Under the pieces are notes generated by a model. It was not told the DNA's origin. It saw only the letters and a list, made by a program, of their open reading frames with translations, and did not search any database. A program made the translations under genes and the position numbers. From Chrysomallon squamiferum (lineage: Eukaryota; Animalia; Mollusca): a stretch of DNA of 64,000 nucleotides. The DNA is taken from NCBI GenBank assembly GCA_012295275.1, contig CM022673.1, positions 7,998,001-8,062,000 of the forward strand. The letters run 5' to 3'. Positions 11,757-25,708 of the stretch are shown piece by piece; within the stretch, counting starts at the first letter, position 1; each line of letters begins with the position of its first letter.

Positions 11757-13657
11757 TCATAAGAAAAACAAATATTAAACTTCTCACTGCTTCGTGTTAA
11801 AAATAGCCACATTTTTATGATTTATAGATTGTATATTTTGATAGCAGTTTAGATACAAAGTAATTGTGCAGGTTTTTTTTCTTCCAGTTGTTATGTTATT
11901 TAAATAGGTCCAGTTCACTCTGGTCTAGACTTATTTTATTTTGTTTAAGTATTTTGTCCTTTTATTTTGTTCTTAGTATATTTTATTAGTTTATTTGTTT
12001 TGCTAGAAATTAAACTGTTATGTTACAGTTAGGATGCATGTACAGGTATTTACATAGACCACAGTTTGTTATTGATTTTGATGGATGTTTCATGCATGCA
12101 TCATTCTCAGATGTCTCTGTTCTCTAAAGAATGTGCAACAGGCAGTTATTATGTTTGTAACTGAATATAAAATATATTGATTTTAAATATAACATTTGGT
12201 TGAGGTAATTTGTTCGTGAAAAAAATCCATGATGTATAATAAATATTTATTAAACAGTTTATTAATTATTATGATTGAATTTCAATTCCTGTTTCGGTCT
12301 AGGACTAATTAATTACAGTGTATGTAAACCATTACAGCTTCTCTTGTCTGTAAGTAACCTAATACACTATCACAGAAAAAATCTGATTCCATGATTGTTT
12401 GACTAAGACAACCTCATTTGAATGTTAAGTTGATGTTAGCAAATTTCAGATGACTGACTGACTTACTGAAAAATTAGTTAATTTCATTTAAACATACTAA
12501 ATGTTTTGTTTTATCAGGCTTTGGTGATGTTTTTGGATATTAGCTAATGCCCATTTGACACCTCTTGTTTCTTGAAAATAACTATAGTAAAATCCAACTA
12601 ACACATTCTGGTAAAATATGTATAAATATTATTCAAGACACTTCAGTCATCAGAATATATTAGTATTTTTTTCTAGTAAGTTTCAATTCTGTTTTTGTTT
12701 CTCTCTGGGAATTTTTATTGGTTTTGGGATGTAATGGGGGTTTTTTTTTTTTTTTTTTTTTTTTTTTCATTCTTTAAAACATACAACAAAAACAACAAGA
12801 ACAAAAAAAAAAAAAAAAAGAGCCACTCTATTCCTGAAAAAAATGCCCCCAAAAACATTTGCCTTTTCAGATAAACAGGCTGGTTCATAGTCATATGTTA
12901 TAGCGTCCTAGTTAATTCAAACTGATATGTTGTACTTTGAACCATAATAATGTATCAGCGAAAATAGTCAAAGGAAATATGTCAAGAATTAAAGTGTTCT
13001 GGTGTCGTCAGTTTTCCCCTTATTTATTATACAGTAAATATTTATTGTTGAAAATTAAAAAAAAAATAATAATAGTTAGGAAAATTGTAAAGAGTTTGTA
13101 TCTTTCAAAATAATAAAATTGTTTAATTTATTGTTTTCACAAAATTTTCTGATTCCAAATTATAGATTATAATTTATACTGCATATATTAAAAAATAATT
13201 GAATTTTGGATGTGTGAATTATGTAAATGTAGACAGTATGCAGATGAAAATGTAACAACATACACATATTTACATAAACATTTATATAAAGGTACATTCA
13301 TTCATACAAAAAACACAAAAAAACCCAAAAATCTTTGCTCAAGAATTATTTCATGAATAATTCTGTGTTAGTACAAGTGCATGTACACAATGATGGATAT
13401 ATAGAGCAACATAATGTTTTATTCTCTAGTTAAAAACATTTGTAATGCAACAGATATTTTAAACTATTGATTTATTCAGGGATTGAATAGCTTTGGGTAG
13501 CTAGAGAGACAGTCTTAAAAGTTTTAAATTTGAAATACATTATTTTAAAAAATAATAGATAGATAAAACACACACACATACACACAGAGAAACACACCTA
13601 TACACTAAAAATCATTATTGTTATTTATATTGATGTTGGTTTTTAATTTTCAGAATC

Positions 13658-16600
13658 ATGGCAGACAAGATGTTTATGACAGACAAAGAGAAGACATTTC
13701 AATATTCAGATGAACTTCCTTCTCTCCCTATCCCACCTTTACATCAGACACTTGAAAAATACCTAGATTCAGGTGAGCCCAGTCAGTTTAAAAAGTACCA
13801 TTGTTATCACTGTTATTATTTGTTAAAAGTCATTGTTTTAAAATAAAAGATATGTTCTACCCAGCTTTGCATCAAACACTGCAGAAATATCTGGATTTAA
13901 ATTCACAATCAATTGTAATAATGTCCTGATGTTACTGCTATTACTCTTACGTTGTTATAATCATTCTTTAGATATTACAGCTGTGTTATTGATATTATTA
14001 TGGTGATGTTGTTGATATTAATGCTGTCTGTATGTTGCACTGTTATAGTTACTAGTATGTAATTAATGTCAGGATTATTATTAATATTGATACTAATGTT
14101 ATGGTTATTGTTATTATTTTGTCCTTGTTAGGCTGCAGCTCTATTTTGTCATTGTTTTATTATTAAGTTTTATGTAATTTTAATTGTCATGGTTACCAAT
14201 TCATAATGTTTTCTTTTTTTAAAAAGGCAGGATAAATGAGGTTAAACATTCATTAAGGAAACAAAACCGTAAACATCAGTGTATTGGCATACAAACATTA
14301 TCTACCCACCAAACACACAGACATTCCCCTAGTCAGTAACTTAATAGTTAAAAAAACAAATGTTTTAATCTTTATTTCCTAATAAATAAATTCTGTCTTT
14401 TAGTCTAACGTTTTATGAAGAAATACTGATTTTATTTTTGAAAAACTCATTCTTTTCACTTCACTAAATAAAATTGTACTCGGATGGAAATATGGAAAAT
14501 TTTTTTTATCTTTTTATTTTTTATTTTTACATTACAGTAAAACCTTTGGTATCTGATGAAGAATACAAAAAGACTGTAAAAATTGTGGAGAAATTTGAAA
14601 ATGGAATTGGCAAGGATTTGAATCTCAAGTTACACGAGAAAGCCAAATACATGAGAAATTGGGTAAATGAAAGTTAATTCATTACATTTTCACAAAAAAA
14701 AAAAAAAATAAATATTATTATAATCTGCAAAATATGGATTTTATGCTTGAAGCTTTAAAAACAAAAACAGTTTAAAATATTATTATAAAGTTTGTAAAAA
14801 GTTAAATCTAATAACATTTCTTTTAATAAAGATATCGGACGTATTTGCTGGGTTTTTTTGTCTGGTTATTCATTGTCGTGAATGAATGTAAAATGATAAG
14901 GCAGTCTGTTTTAATTTTTATACAAGTGAAATATTTAAATGTTTGTTGTTCATTAAAGTGACCTAATGCTGAAAATAACAGACACACTTACAGAATATAA
15001 TTACAGGATAGTTAAGAAGAAGTAAAAGTTTTACTCTCAGCCTTATTTAATATTTATTAATGCTAAATGTTTTATTTTTGTTGATGAGAATTTTAGAATA
15101 TAAGAGGTTGGAGAGAAAGATATAGAGAAATGGATAGTGTGACAAAGAATAGGTGAGACATTGTTTGATGGATTCAGAAATGAGAGAAAATAAAAATAAA
15201 AACAGGATGTAAAAGAAAGACTGAGAGAAGTTTAGAAAAGAATGGAGAATGATAAGCAGAAAGAATGGCTGAGGAAGGGTACATAAAAATAATAAATATT
15301 TTAAATGTGTTTAGTGTTTTTAATGTAAATTATTCATTTTCAGCTTTATCGATGGTGGGAAGATGTTGCCTATTTAGAGTTTAGAGATTCGATAGCAGTT
15401 CGACTCAATATCTCTGGTATTGGGCCGTACATGTATGATGTCTGGCCAGTCCGACTTGGTACACAGATTGAAAGGGCAGCCATGATGCTCTATTACACAA
15501 TGGACTTCTGGAAAAACATCAGAAAGTAAAAAATTTTAAATAATAATATTTTTAAAATAACTTAATTTTAATCCTTGTGTTTGATTCTTAAAATTTTTAT
15601 AATTATACTGATTCATTTTTTTAATGTAAATATTCTTCTTTTTATTTATTTATTTTATTTTTTTATTTTTGTATTTTAATGGTTTAGCAGATATAAACTT
15701 ATTTCACTGCATTTTATGAAGCATCTTGAAATTATCTGACAAAACATTTCCTTTCTATATTAAATTATTTACTTTACATTTTTGTGTGTTAACAACAACA
15801 AACAAATCAAAAATAGTACTGTTCTTAAGAGGAATCTTTCAATTGTTCTAAAATTATAAAATAATTAAAAGATTTCTTTTTCATCTTCTTTTATGTGTTG
15901 TTGCAGTTCATCATCTTACTATTATTTATTTATTTTTGTTTTGTTTTGTTTAGCATTGTTATCATTAGTTTATATTATTACTATCATCATCATCATCAAT
16001 TATTATGACAGACAACGCCTAAAACCTCAGAGGGATTCAAAAGGAAGACATCTTTGTATGCACCAGTTTCATAAGATGTACAACACATACAGACTGCCAG
16101 GCCAACAGAAGGACGAGCTGTTAGAGTACTTTAAAACAGGTGTGTGTTCCATTCTCCTCACAAAAACATTAATACGCACCATTCAGTGTTATTGTTTTAA
16201 TTAACTGTCTTATCTAAAAATATTACTCTCAGCCTCACAAAGTAACAGAATTTGTTAACATTATTATTTAATATGATTTAAGCTGTCATTATAAAGATAG
16301 TAATATAAATGAAGAGCCTTAATATTTATTATGTTTTTATGATTGTTTTATTTAATTATTCAGTTTATTGACACCATCTTTTGTTGATAATAAAGTTTGG
16401 CAGTACAATACAAAACCTGATGACATCCCTGTATATTGTAATGCTAGTTAAAAAAATTTAAAATAGGTTTATGCACACATGTATAAAATCCCCCCAAAGA
16501 CTGAGTAAGTTTGTTAACAAATAAGTATCTGAATGCAGAATGTTTCTGTTTATCTAATTTTATGGAGTCTTTCACTATAGAAAATTGGTTCTTTTAAAAA

Positions 16601-19600
16601 TAATTTATTACTTAATTATCTTGTTTTTATATTTTACTTTTTATAAATTTCAGAAGCTGAAGGTAATACTGCATTCAGTTATTATTGCATCCTGAAATAT
16701 GTGAAACTTGTTTGTCATTTGTATGTTTTATTTTTTTTATTTTTTTAATTTTTTAATAAATTTCAGAAGCTGAAGGTGATGCCCCATCCAATGTTATTGT
16801 ATGTTGTCGAGGTCGTTTGTTTAACATTGAGACGCTTGATGAAAATGGAGAGGTGCTGACACCTCCAGAGTTTGAGCAGATTCTGCAGTCAATACAGACC
16901 AGATGCGACAGGGAGCCACATGGCCAGTGTCTCACTGTTCTCACAGCTGATAATCGCACTAGATGGGCCCAGGTAGAGATAGTAATGACAGTATAATAAT
17001 ATATATTGTCTGGACAGAGCAAATTCAAGCGGTTAATGCTAAACTATAAGATATATTGTTTGAATAGAACTCTTTTTTTTTTTTTTTTTTTATAGGAGTG
17101 ATGTCTGTAAAACTGTAATTTACTATATTTGATAGAACTCTGTTATAAAGTTTGTTTCTGTAAAACTGTAAGTTGCTGTGGTGGAATGGGACTTTCTGGT
17201 GAATTGTTTATTGTCTGTTGATTGTGTCTGAACAGAACTTAGATATAAAACGTACCTGCCGTTTGATTTTGATATACAATTATATTTAGTGTCTGCATGT
17301 CACTTGGTATAGAACTGTTGTTGGTAAACTGGTAACAATTATTTATAATTGTGTAGATGCGAAACAGGATAATTGCCCTTCATCCAAGGAATTACGAAAA
17401 TCTGGAGCTGATTCAGAAAGCGACTCTACTTCTTAGTTTAAGTGATGAAAGTCCTGTTGATGAATCAGATGTGAGTTAAATATGATATATTTATTTAATT
17501 TTTTATTATTATTTTATTTTTTTTTTATATTTATTTATAGCACTTTTCAGGTTATTAATTCACTCAAATTAAACTACCTAGGCTTGCATACACAAACATT
17601 TCATATAAAGAAAAGTTGATCCAGGTTTCTGTCTCTGCCCATTATTATCCAAGAAATGCCTAAGTCTTATAATGGTGATTAGTACTGAAATATGTTGAGG
17701 TTTTGTTAAACATTAATTCTATCATTTTACTCAGCTTGCATGGCGAGGACTTGGAGACAACCCAGAAACCAAATGGTTTGACAAATCAGTCTGTATGGTG
17801 GTCTTCAAAAATGGCATGGTATCTTCAGCATGTGATGTGAGTACAAATGTTTTTATCTAAACTGCTAATTAATCTTTTCATCCTTGGCAGAAAAAGAAAA
17901 GGATAAAAGACAAAATGTGTTTGTTATTATTTATTTTCATTTATTAAGTTGAGAAAAAAACCCACAAAAACCCCCCAGTTAATTAGACACATATTTTGAA
18001 AACTTATTAATGAATAGATCAATTGATCAATGAATTTATTTGTTTATTTCTGTATATACTTATGATTTGATTCTTATTGTTGTTGGTATTATTTTCCTGA
18101 TATCTGATGATTCACTTTTATTACTTTCTTTTTTATTAATAATTTTTTATTTTTTTTTTATAAAGCACACACCATGTGATGCGATGGTTTTTGTGACATC
18201 AACATTTTACGTGCACACGAAATTAAGGGAGTGTAATGGAAAATGGATGGTAAGTATCACACTCAACTTAATTTCTTACTCTCCCTTTTGCTGTCTTTCC
18301 CACTCCTCCCACTCTTGATAGCCCATCTCAACTTCTTGAACACTTTAATTTTTCAAATAATATGTCTGTCTGTCTGTCTCTCTGATGTGATATATAAATT
18401 ATTTATTTTAAATTAGAGATAATTAGTTACAAGTTATGTAAATATAGTAAATAATAATTAATTTTTTTTGTTTTTTAATTGAACTGAATTGAATTTTTTG
18501 GTTCTTGTTTAATTCAGGGACGTTACACAGTTAGACCTTTTCCAGCAGCTAGGGAATTAACTTTCCACATTGATGATCACATTACTCAGCATATTGAAAC
18601 TGTGAGGAAAGAATTCAGCAAAGAGGTAAACAAAACTGAAATGTGTGGGTATACATGCACACAGACAAACATGCACCACACACACACTCACTCACACACA
18701 CACACACAAACAAACAAATGCATTCATTTACACACACACACAAACAAACAAATGCATTCATTGAACCAAATTTGCAACTATCAAAATTGTTATTGAAAAA
18801 AAATCTGAAAAATAAGGACAATGTTTGTACTAAAAATTAACACTGGGTAAAAAATAAAACAAAAATTTTTATCTGTATCAGGAAGGATCATTGGTATTGT
18901 TGTTTTTGCAGTACTAAATATTAACACTGGGTAAAAAAAATACCTCTAAAATGTATCTGCCAGGACAAAATTGGTATTGTTGTTTTTGCAGTACTAAATA
19001 TTAACACTGCCAGGACAGTGATATCATTGGTATTGTTGTTTTTTCAGGCAGCTAATCTGTTAATTAACACATCACACTTTAAAAACTATGGCAAGTCGTA
19101 TCTGAAAAAGATGAACATCCACCCTGATACTTATGTCCAGCTGGCCATGCAGTACGCATATTACAAGAAATATAACAGGTAAGAAATGTTTTCATTAATT
19201 ACCCCACACTACGGTACGTTTTATAGTTGACTGTTGATTGTCAGACATTCTGAACGAAACCTGTATTTGGGTAGTTCTGATATAGAAAAAAACCACAAAC
19301 TGATATCTTATTCAAAATTAATAATTAACATGGGAGAATGTTCCAAACTGACCACTGATTTGGTGGTCTGATAGTATATAAACAATATCCACTGGATCAT
19401 TTGTCACCTGTACATGAAGACAGACATAAAAAGTTAAGTATGAAAAAAAGAAAAAGAAATGCAACAGATAGGTTAATGATGAATTTGGAAAATAAACCGG
19501 ATAACATAATACAGTATATCTGTGATAAACATGGTTTTGTTTTTGTTTTTTATTGAAACGTCTTTGTGGATATTGTTTTATGTTTATGATATTTTGTGTT

Positions 19601-22067
19601 GTGCATTCTAGTACTGTTTCGCTGATGTGTGTAGTTTTACATCTTCAGATCAGCTGCCACATACGAAACAGCAACAACTCGGATGTTTTACCAGGCTCGC
19701 ACTGAGACAGTGAGATCCTGCACAGTGGAAGCCCAGGACTGGTGTAAAGCAATGGTGGACCCACAAACCAATGTATGCATTTTGTTTTTCAACCAGTCTC
19801 TTGTTGCTTAGCAACAGGTAATGTAATTAAATTTACAAAATATTTTTTTTTTATTAAGTTACGATATACTATATAGTACAGAAATTATCTACACTTTAAA
19901 CATGAATAGTTTTCAAGTACAACAAATTTCTTTTTTTTTTTTAAATAATGTTTTTAATGTGTGAAAATATTGTTGTTATTTTATTTTTTAATTGCTCTTG
20001 ACAACAGTTTTTTTTTTTTAAATTTATATCACGTGGATGAGTGGAAATGTTGAAGTACAGAATTAATCCTTACATTTTAATTCATTTTCCTTATTTATTA
20101 ATTTCTTAGGCTCAGAGACGAGTTGATCTTTTTCTACGAGCTGTTGACAAACAAAACAGGCTGATGAAGGAAGCTCAAGAGCTGAACGGTATTTATTTTA
20201 CATTCTTTTAGATAATTTTATTATTTTTATATTTATTTATTTATTTTTTTCAGTTTTTGCTATATTTTTGGAATCTTGTTAATATACAAAGCTAATGAAA
20301 TAATAATAATTCATGGGCTTGAAATGTTTATTTTTATATTACCTAAGTCTATAACATACAAATAATTCCTTGTGAAGCTTGTTTGGTTTTTATATAAGTC
20401 TATAACATACCAATATTTCCTTGTGAAGCTTGTTTTAAGTTAAGTGCCTCTCAACCAAAACTGTATGGTTAAAAAAATGTGTAGATATAACAGAAAAAGA
20501 AGAAAGAAAGAATGATTAGTCATCAATTATTTTTTTTGCCATGTTGGAGAAATGCTTTTATTATACTTTAATTAAAAAAAAAATGATTTTGGAAGAACAC
20601 TCAAACATAGGCTAAATAGCTGAATAATTAAAATTCCTCTAAAGTTTTGCTTTTCAACTTTTCAAACATTATTTATTATTGAACTCACTTTGATTACAAT
20701 GACACATGACATTTCATGTTTGTTACCTTTATTGTACATTATTAAATTTATTATTTATGTTCTCTTTCTTTCTAGTGCAACACAGAATCATAGCTTGTCT
20801 TCTCAGATCTCATTTTTATTTAATTACTGAATTTCAAAGAATTTAATTTTTTGCAAAAATCCAATTCAGATAATTTCCATTTACTCAGTTGTGTGCCATT
20901 TTCTTAAACGTTTATACGTGCATGTACATGTGTGTAAAGAGACATGTTTGATTTTAAATATTTGTATTGATTTATTATTATTTTAACCTAGGCTGTGATC
21001 GACATCTGTTTGGACTTTATATGATTGTTAGAGAAAATGGACTGGAGATTCCAGAAATCTTCATGGATTCATCTTTCATCAAAAGGTTTGTCAAAATCTT
21101 ATGAAAATCAGCAAAAATGAATATAGTCATATAACTGATACATTTCAACATTCAATTTTAGTTTTAAAAAAAATTAAAAAATAATAATAAGCTATTGTTT
21201 TTTGTTGTTTTAAAAAAAATTTGTTTTTTACATTATTGTCTCCAGTACAATGTGGTCATATCAATGTTTAGGTGCCTTAAGTATTATGTCAAAAAAAAAA
21301 AAAAAAAAGTAATATCTTGATAAATCTTATTAACATAATACAAAAATTGATGATTTTATAATATGGGAATTTAACAGCTCAGAGTTCAACATAAATAATA
21401 GGGGGTGAAAAAGGGATAAGTTTAGTTTTCCAAAGCCTTTTTGTATCTTGGATTTTCAGCTTGTGTCTTAAACTAATATATTTTTATGTTTGTTTCAGTG
21501 GAGGTGGTGGGAATTTCATCATTTCCTCCAGTTTCATTGGCTACACAACAGTGTACGGTGGAGTGGCTCCTATGTGCAAGAACGGATATGGATTTTCTAC
21601 AGAATACAAGACAATGAGTAAATGCTTTATTGTTTTCTGTTCATACACTGTTTGCAGGAGCCTGTAAAACTGATATTTATATATGTGAGAGAGTATCAAA
21701 GACTGAACATCTCGGATAGTTTGTAAATGTGAAACTGCTTTAAAATATAAGCCCCAAAAATTTGTTTTCATATTGCACTGTATTACTGGTTCACAGAGGC
21801 ATGACAAAAGAAAGGAAAAATATTTTTAATACACTCATGTATTACCTGTCCACAAACCAGAAACCACACCCACACACAACACACAGATGCATATATTATA
21901 TATATATATATATATATTGTTTTTGTTTCAGAATTGTCTTCTTTCTGTCAGAATGGAAGTCGGACGAGGAAACTGATGTGAAGGACATGGCAAAGACTTT
22001 ACACACTTGCCTCAATGAGATGAGAATTCTGCTGGACAACCACCACATGACATCTGCTCGTTTGTAG
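13658..22067 (+). CDS. CROT: Peroxisomal carnitine O-octanoyltransferase (about 615 aa after correcting a 1-nt frameshift in exon 14)
   Basis: Coding exons 13658-13772, 14538-14662, 15344-15525, 16012-16139, 16767-16972, 17357-17470, 17735-17836, 18166-18249, 18518-18625, 19048-19178, 19649-19772, 20110-20188, 20992-21085, 21499-21617, 21932-22067. Carnitine acyltransferase motifs are present: LPSLPIPPLHQTLEKYL, KWFDKS, catalytic CDHTPCDAMV, HPDTYVQLAMQYAYY, TYETATTRMFYQARTETVRSC, GCDRHLFGL, and the CROT-type SGGGGNF. The C-terminus is the PTS1-like -ARL. Confidence 0.95.
18826..19047 (+). repeat. Triplicated splice-acceptor unit in CROT intron 9
   Basis: ATTGGTATTGTTGTTTTT(G/T)CAG occurs three times, interleaved with TACTAAATATTAACACTG. 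Confidence 0.9.
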
Positions 22068-22450
22068 CAGACATGACTTCTAAGCACCTGTCTTCTCACA
22101 TAGCATGTACAGTTGTGTCTGAATCATGTACAGTGGATTCTTGTTGTTCGGAGCAGATGTCTGCTGCTTTTATGAGATGGTTTCAGTAATCTGCTTGTTT
22201 ATATTTACCTCTTTACACTTATATCTTGGGTTCGTTCATAGAAGATGTCAGTTTTTACATACTCTGCTTATCCTTAGCGTCTTCAATCAAATTTAATTTC
22301 TACAGTTGTGACTTCTGCTTGATTGTAGACTTCACCAGCTTTTACTTGCCCTTATTTGTTGTTGACACAATTCTTACGATTGGGTCTTCTGCCTATTTGC
22401 AGAATTGTTTTATAATGCTAGTATTTTTCTGTTTTCAGTTTGTCATTCTT

Positions 22451-22516
<66 letters not shown>

Positions 22517-23383
22517 ATAGTGTAATAGTAATGTTTTGGCCTTGAAATTGTCTGGTAACTGATTTCAGGCTAGAATAATGTTGGAGTTTCAAGACTGTTT
22601 AAGAATCATGATTTATGAAATACTTGGTCTTTTATCAGTAGATATTTATTTAGTGTAGTGGGTGTTATAAAATGTGTCACCTGTTTGCAAATTGTAAGAT
22701 TTTTATAACTGTTGTCCAGGTAACTTTAAAAATTATTTTTAAAAGTTTTAATTTTGTTAACATAGATAGATGTCTTTTGCATTTTAATTTGGAAATGTAA
22801 TAATTACCATGCCAATAATTTTTACAGTATTCAAACATAAATAAATGATTTGGCAGCTGCTGTGATTATCAAAACATTTTTGTTGAATAAGGACATGGAA
22901 CTTTTAAAAATATGACTTAAATTCAATTTTTTAAATGCTTACTTTAGGCAGCTGTATAATGTGGAGAACATGCATGAAGACTTTTGTGCTTTCATGTCCA
23001 TTTTTTTTAAAACAAATGTACAGAGAATCACTTTCTTACCAAAGTGTTCTGCTTATGACTGAAACTTGAAATTTGTTCATCAGCAGTTATTAAATTCATA
23101 TGGAAATGTATTTTGAGCATGTCTAAATGATTTCAAAAGCAAGAACGTTTTATGCATTACTTGAGGAGAAAGAATATTTTGGATAAACGACCATTTTTTT
23201 CCGTTGTAAAAAATAAAATAAAATACTGATAAAATAAATTGAAAAAACAAAAAATGGGGCCATAAAATCAAAAAGGCAGCCGACATTCCTTTGTCTTACA
23301 GTTTTGTTTATAATAATGTAGTCAACACTTGAATTTTGTATGTATGTGTGTGTGTGTTTTGGGTATTTTTGAAAACATTATTA

Positions 23384-23415
<32 letters not shown>

Positions 23416-24573
23416 GTAGCTAATAAATTTTAATTACTCTGTAGTAGATTTGTTTTAAAATTTTACTGTTTTCATTTGTTTTATGGTCTTTACATATATG
23501 CATATACATTGTTTATGATGTGGGTGAGTGACCTGTATAGTGTTTATTTCATTTACATATCTGTGATATTGTTCAGAGCCGCTCTGGATATGGGGTCATT
23601 TCTTTTTGAAAATAATAGAATCTGATCCTTTAAAATTCTTGCCTTATTTGATATGTAAACCTCCTTAATTTCATTGTTAATGAAATAATATTATAATTAA
23701 TTTAAAAAAAAAAAAAATTTCTTTTTTTTGTCTATTGGTTTATTTATATTAATCTCATTTTGTTTTGGAAAAAATATTACAGATAATATAAAGTAAATGT
23801 AATTTCTCTTTTTAAATTTAAAAACATTATATTCAAAATTCTTTTCAGAGTAATCTGTTATAAATCTTCATACAACTCTGAACAGAAAAGCTTGATTTAA
23901 AAAAAAATAATGATAATAATAAATAAATGACTGCAATGAAAAAATATTAAGTATTGTAAAGGAGAAAAATATAAAAATGTTCATCTTGGTGCAAACAATA
24001 TCAGTATTCATTTGTAAAACAGCGAATGTAATTTAACTTGTTAATATTTACAGTTAACAGTATAGTAAAGTGGACTTGAAATATTTACTAAAATATAATT
24101 AGTACGTGCATATTTGCTTCTTTTTTATTTTAAATAAGTTTGGTACATTTATGTTCCAGCTCCTATTTAACTTTTTTTGTAAATTACTTTTTCTTTCCAT
24201 TTTTTAATTTATTTTTTTTCCATTTGTTTTGTGACCTGTATATTCATTTGTCTTTTATTTATTTATTTAATTATTTATTTCTCTTTTTTTTAGTATGTGT
24301 ATGTTCAGTATGTAAATTGTATGGGTTGTTTTGTGTGTATCTCAAATACTATCTAATTTGATCGGTTGCAATCTAGCATGATGGGCTGTTTCAAATTTTT
24401 AATTTTTTTTATAGCTTTCCAGTGTTAAGAGAATAGAGAAAATGTTTAATATTGTGATTCTGAGGTGCTCTTTATTTTGTTTTATTACGACATTGTTAAT
24501 GTAGTTTTTAATGTAATTTTTATCAGTATGTGTCACTGTATGTGTGTTTTTCAATCAATTTTTATTTGGTTTG

Positions 24574-24607
<34 letters not shown>

Positions 24608-25174
24608 ATTTGTGTTTTCTGTATATAACATAGTTTTAAATTTATATGGACTTTTTAAGAATACGTCTTACCAGTTTCCTTCTTTATTTCTTTTTTTTTT
24701 TTTTTTTTGTTCTGTCTTTTTGTTGAAAAAAGACAAAAATGCACTCAATGCAATTTTTCTTTTCTCATTCAATTACGTATGTAATCTGTTTTTCACAAAA
24801 ATATGATTATATGTGTAAAGATCATGTTGAAAAAAAATTCTGTTACAGGCTGTAGTTTAGTGATAGAGTTCTGATCTCAACCCTTCCCAATTCTTCCAAC
24901 TGACAAATTCCCATTCTAGCTTGTACCCACCACTGTTTTACCCAAAACTGTGGTTATGTGCACTTCATCAGATGGGCAAACACAGATTTTGAACTTATTT
25001 CATACACCGAGTTTGCAAAGTCTTGAAATCTGTTAATGAAATTTCGATTTTTCTCAAAACTGGTCAGAATCATTCATACTTAAAAATAAACCACAGGATC
25101 ATTTTTCATTTTGTTTCTCTCTCTTTGATTTTATTTTTATAATCTATATCAGAATAATTTCTACTCATCAATAA

Positions 25175-25205
<31 letters not shown>

Positions 25206-25595
25206 CGTGTGTGTTTTTGTACAGTTAAAGAATATTAAATTTTAATTTAAACTAATAAATTTTCACTAATGTCATTTGTGGGATATTTTATAATTTCTTT
25301 TATCTGTTTACATTTTAACCTCATGTCAGGAGATTTTGTTTTACACTGATGTTTTTCTGTCGTTTTTTTGCACTGCTTAATTTTTTTAGAGTTTTGACAT
25401 TGTTTTCTCCCAGTACTTTTACAGTGAATTATTTTATCAGATGTCTTGTATTTTCCTTCTCTGTCATATCTGTATTGTATTTTATCTAGAATTATTTCCT
25501 GTCCACCTGGGGTTTTTTTTCGGGATTTTTTTTCAGCTCATTTACTGTAATTTTCTGCAGACTTGATTTTCATCTTGTGTATGAGAGATAAATAG

Positions 25596-25708
<113 letters not shown>

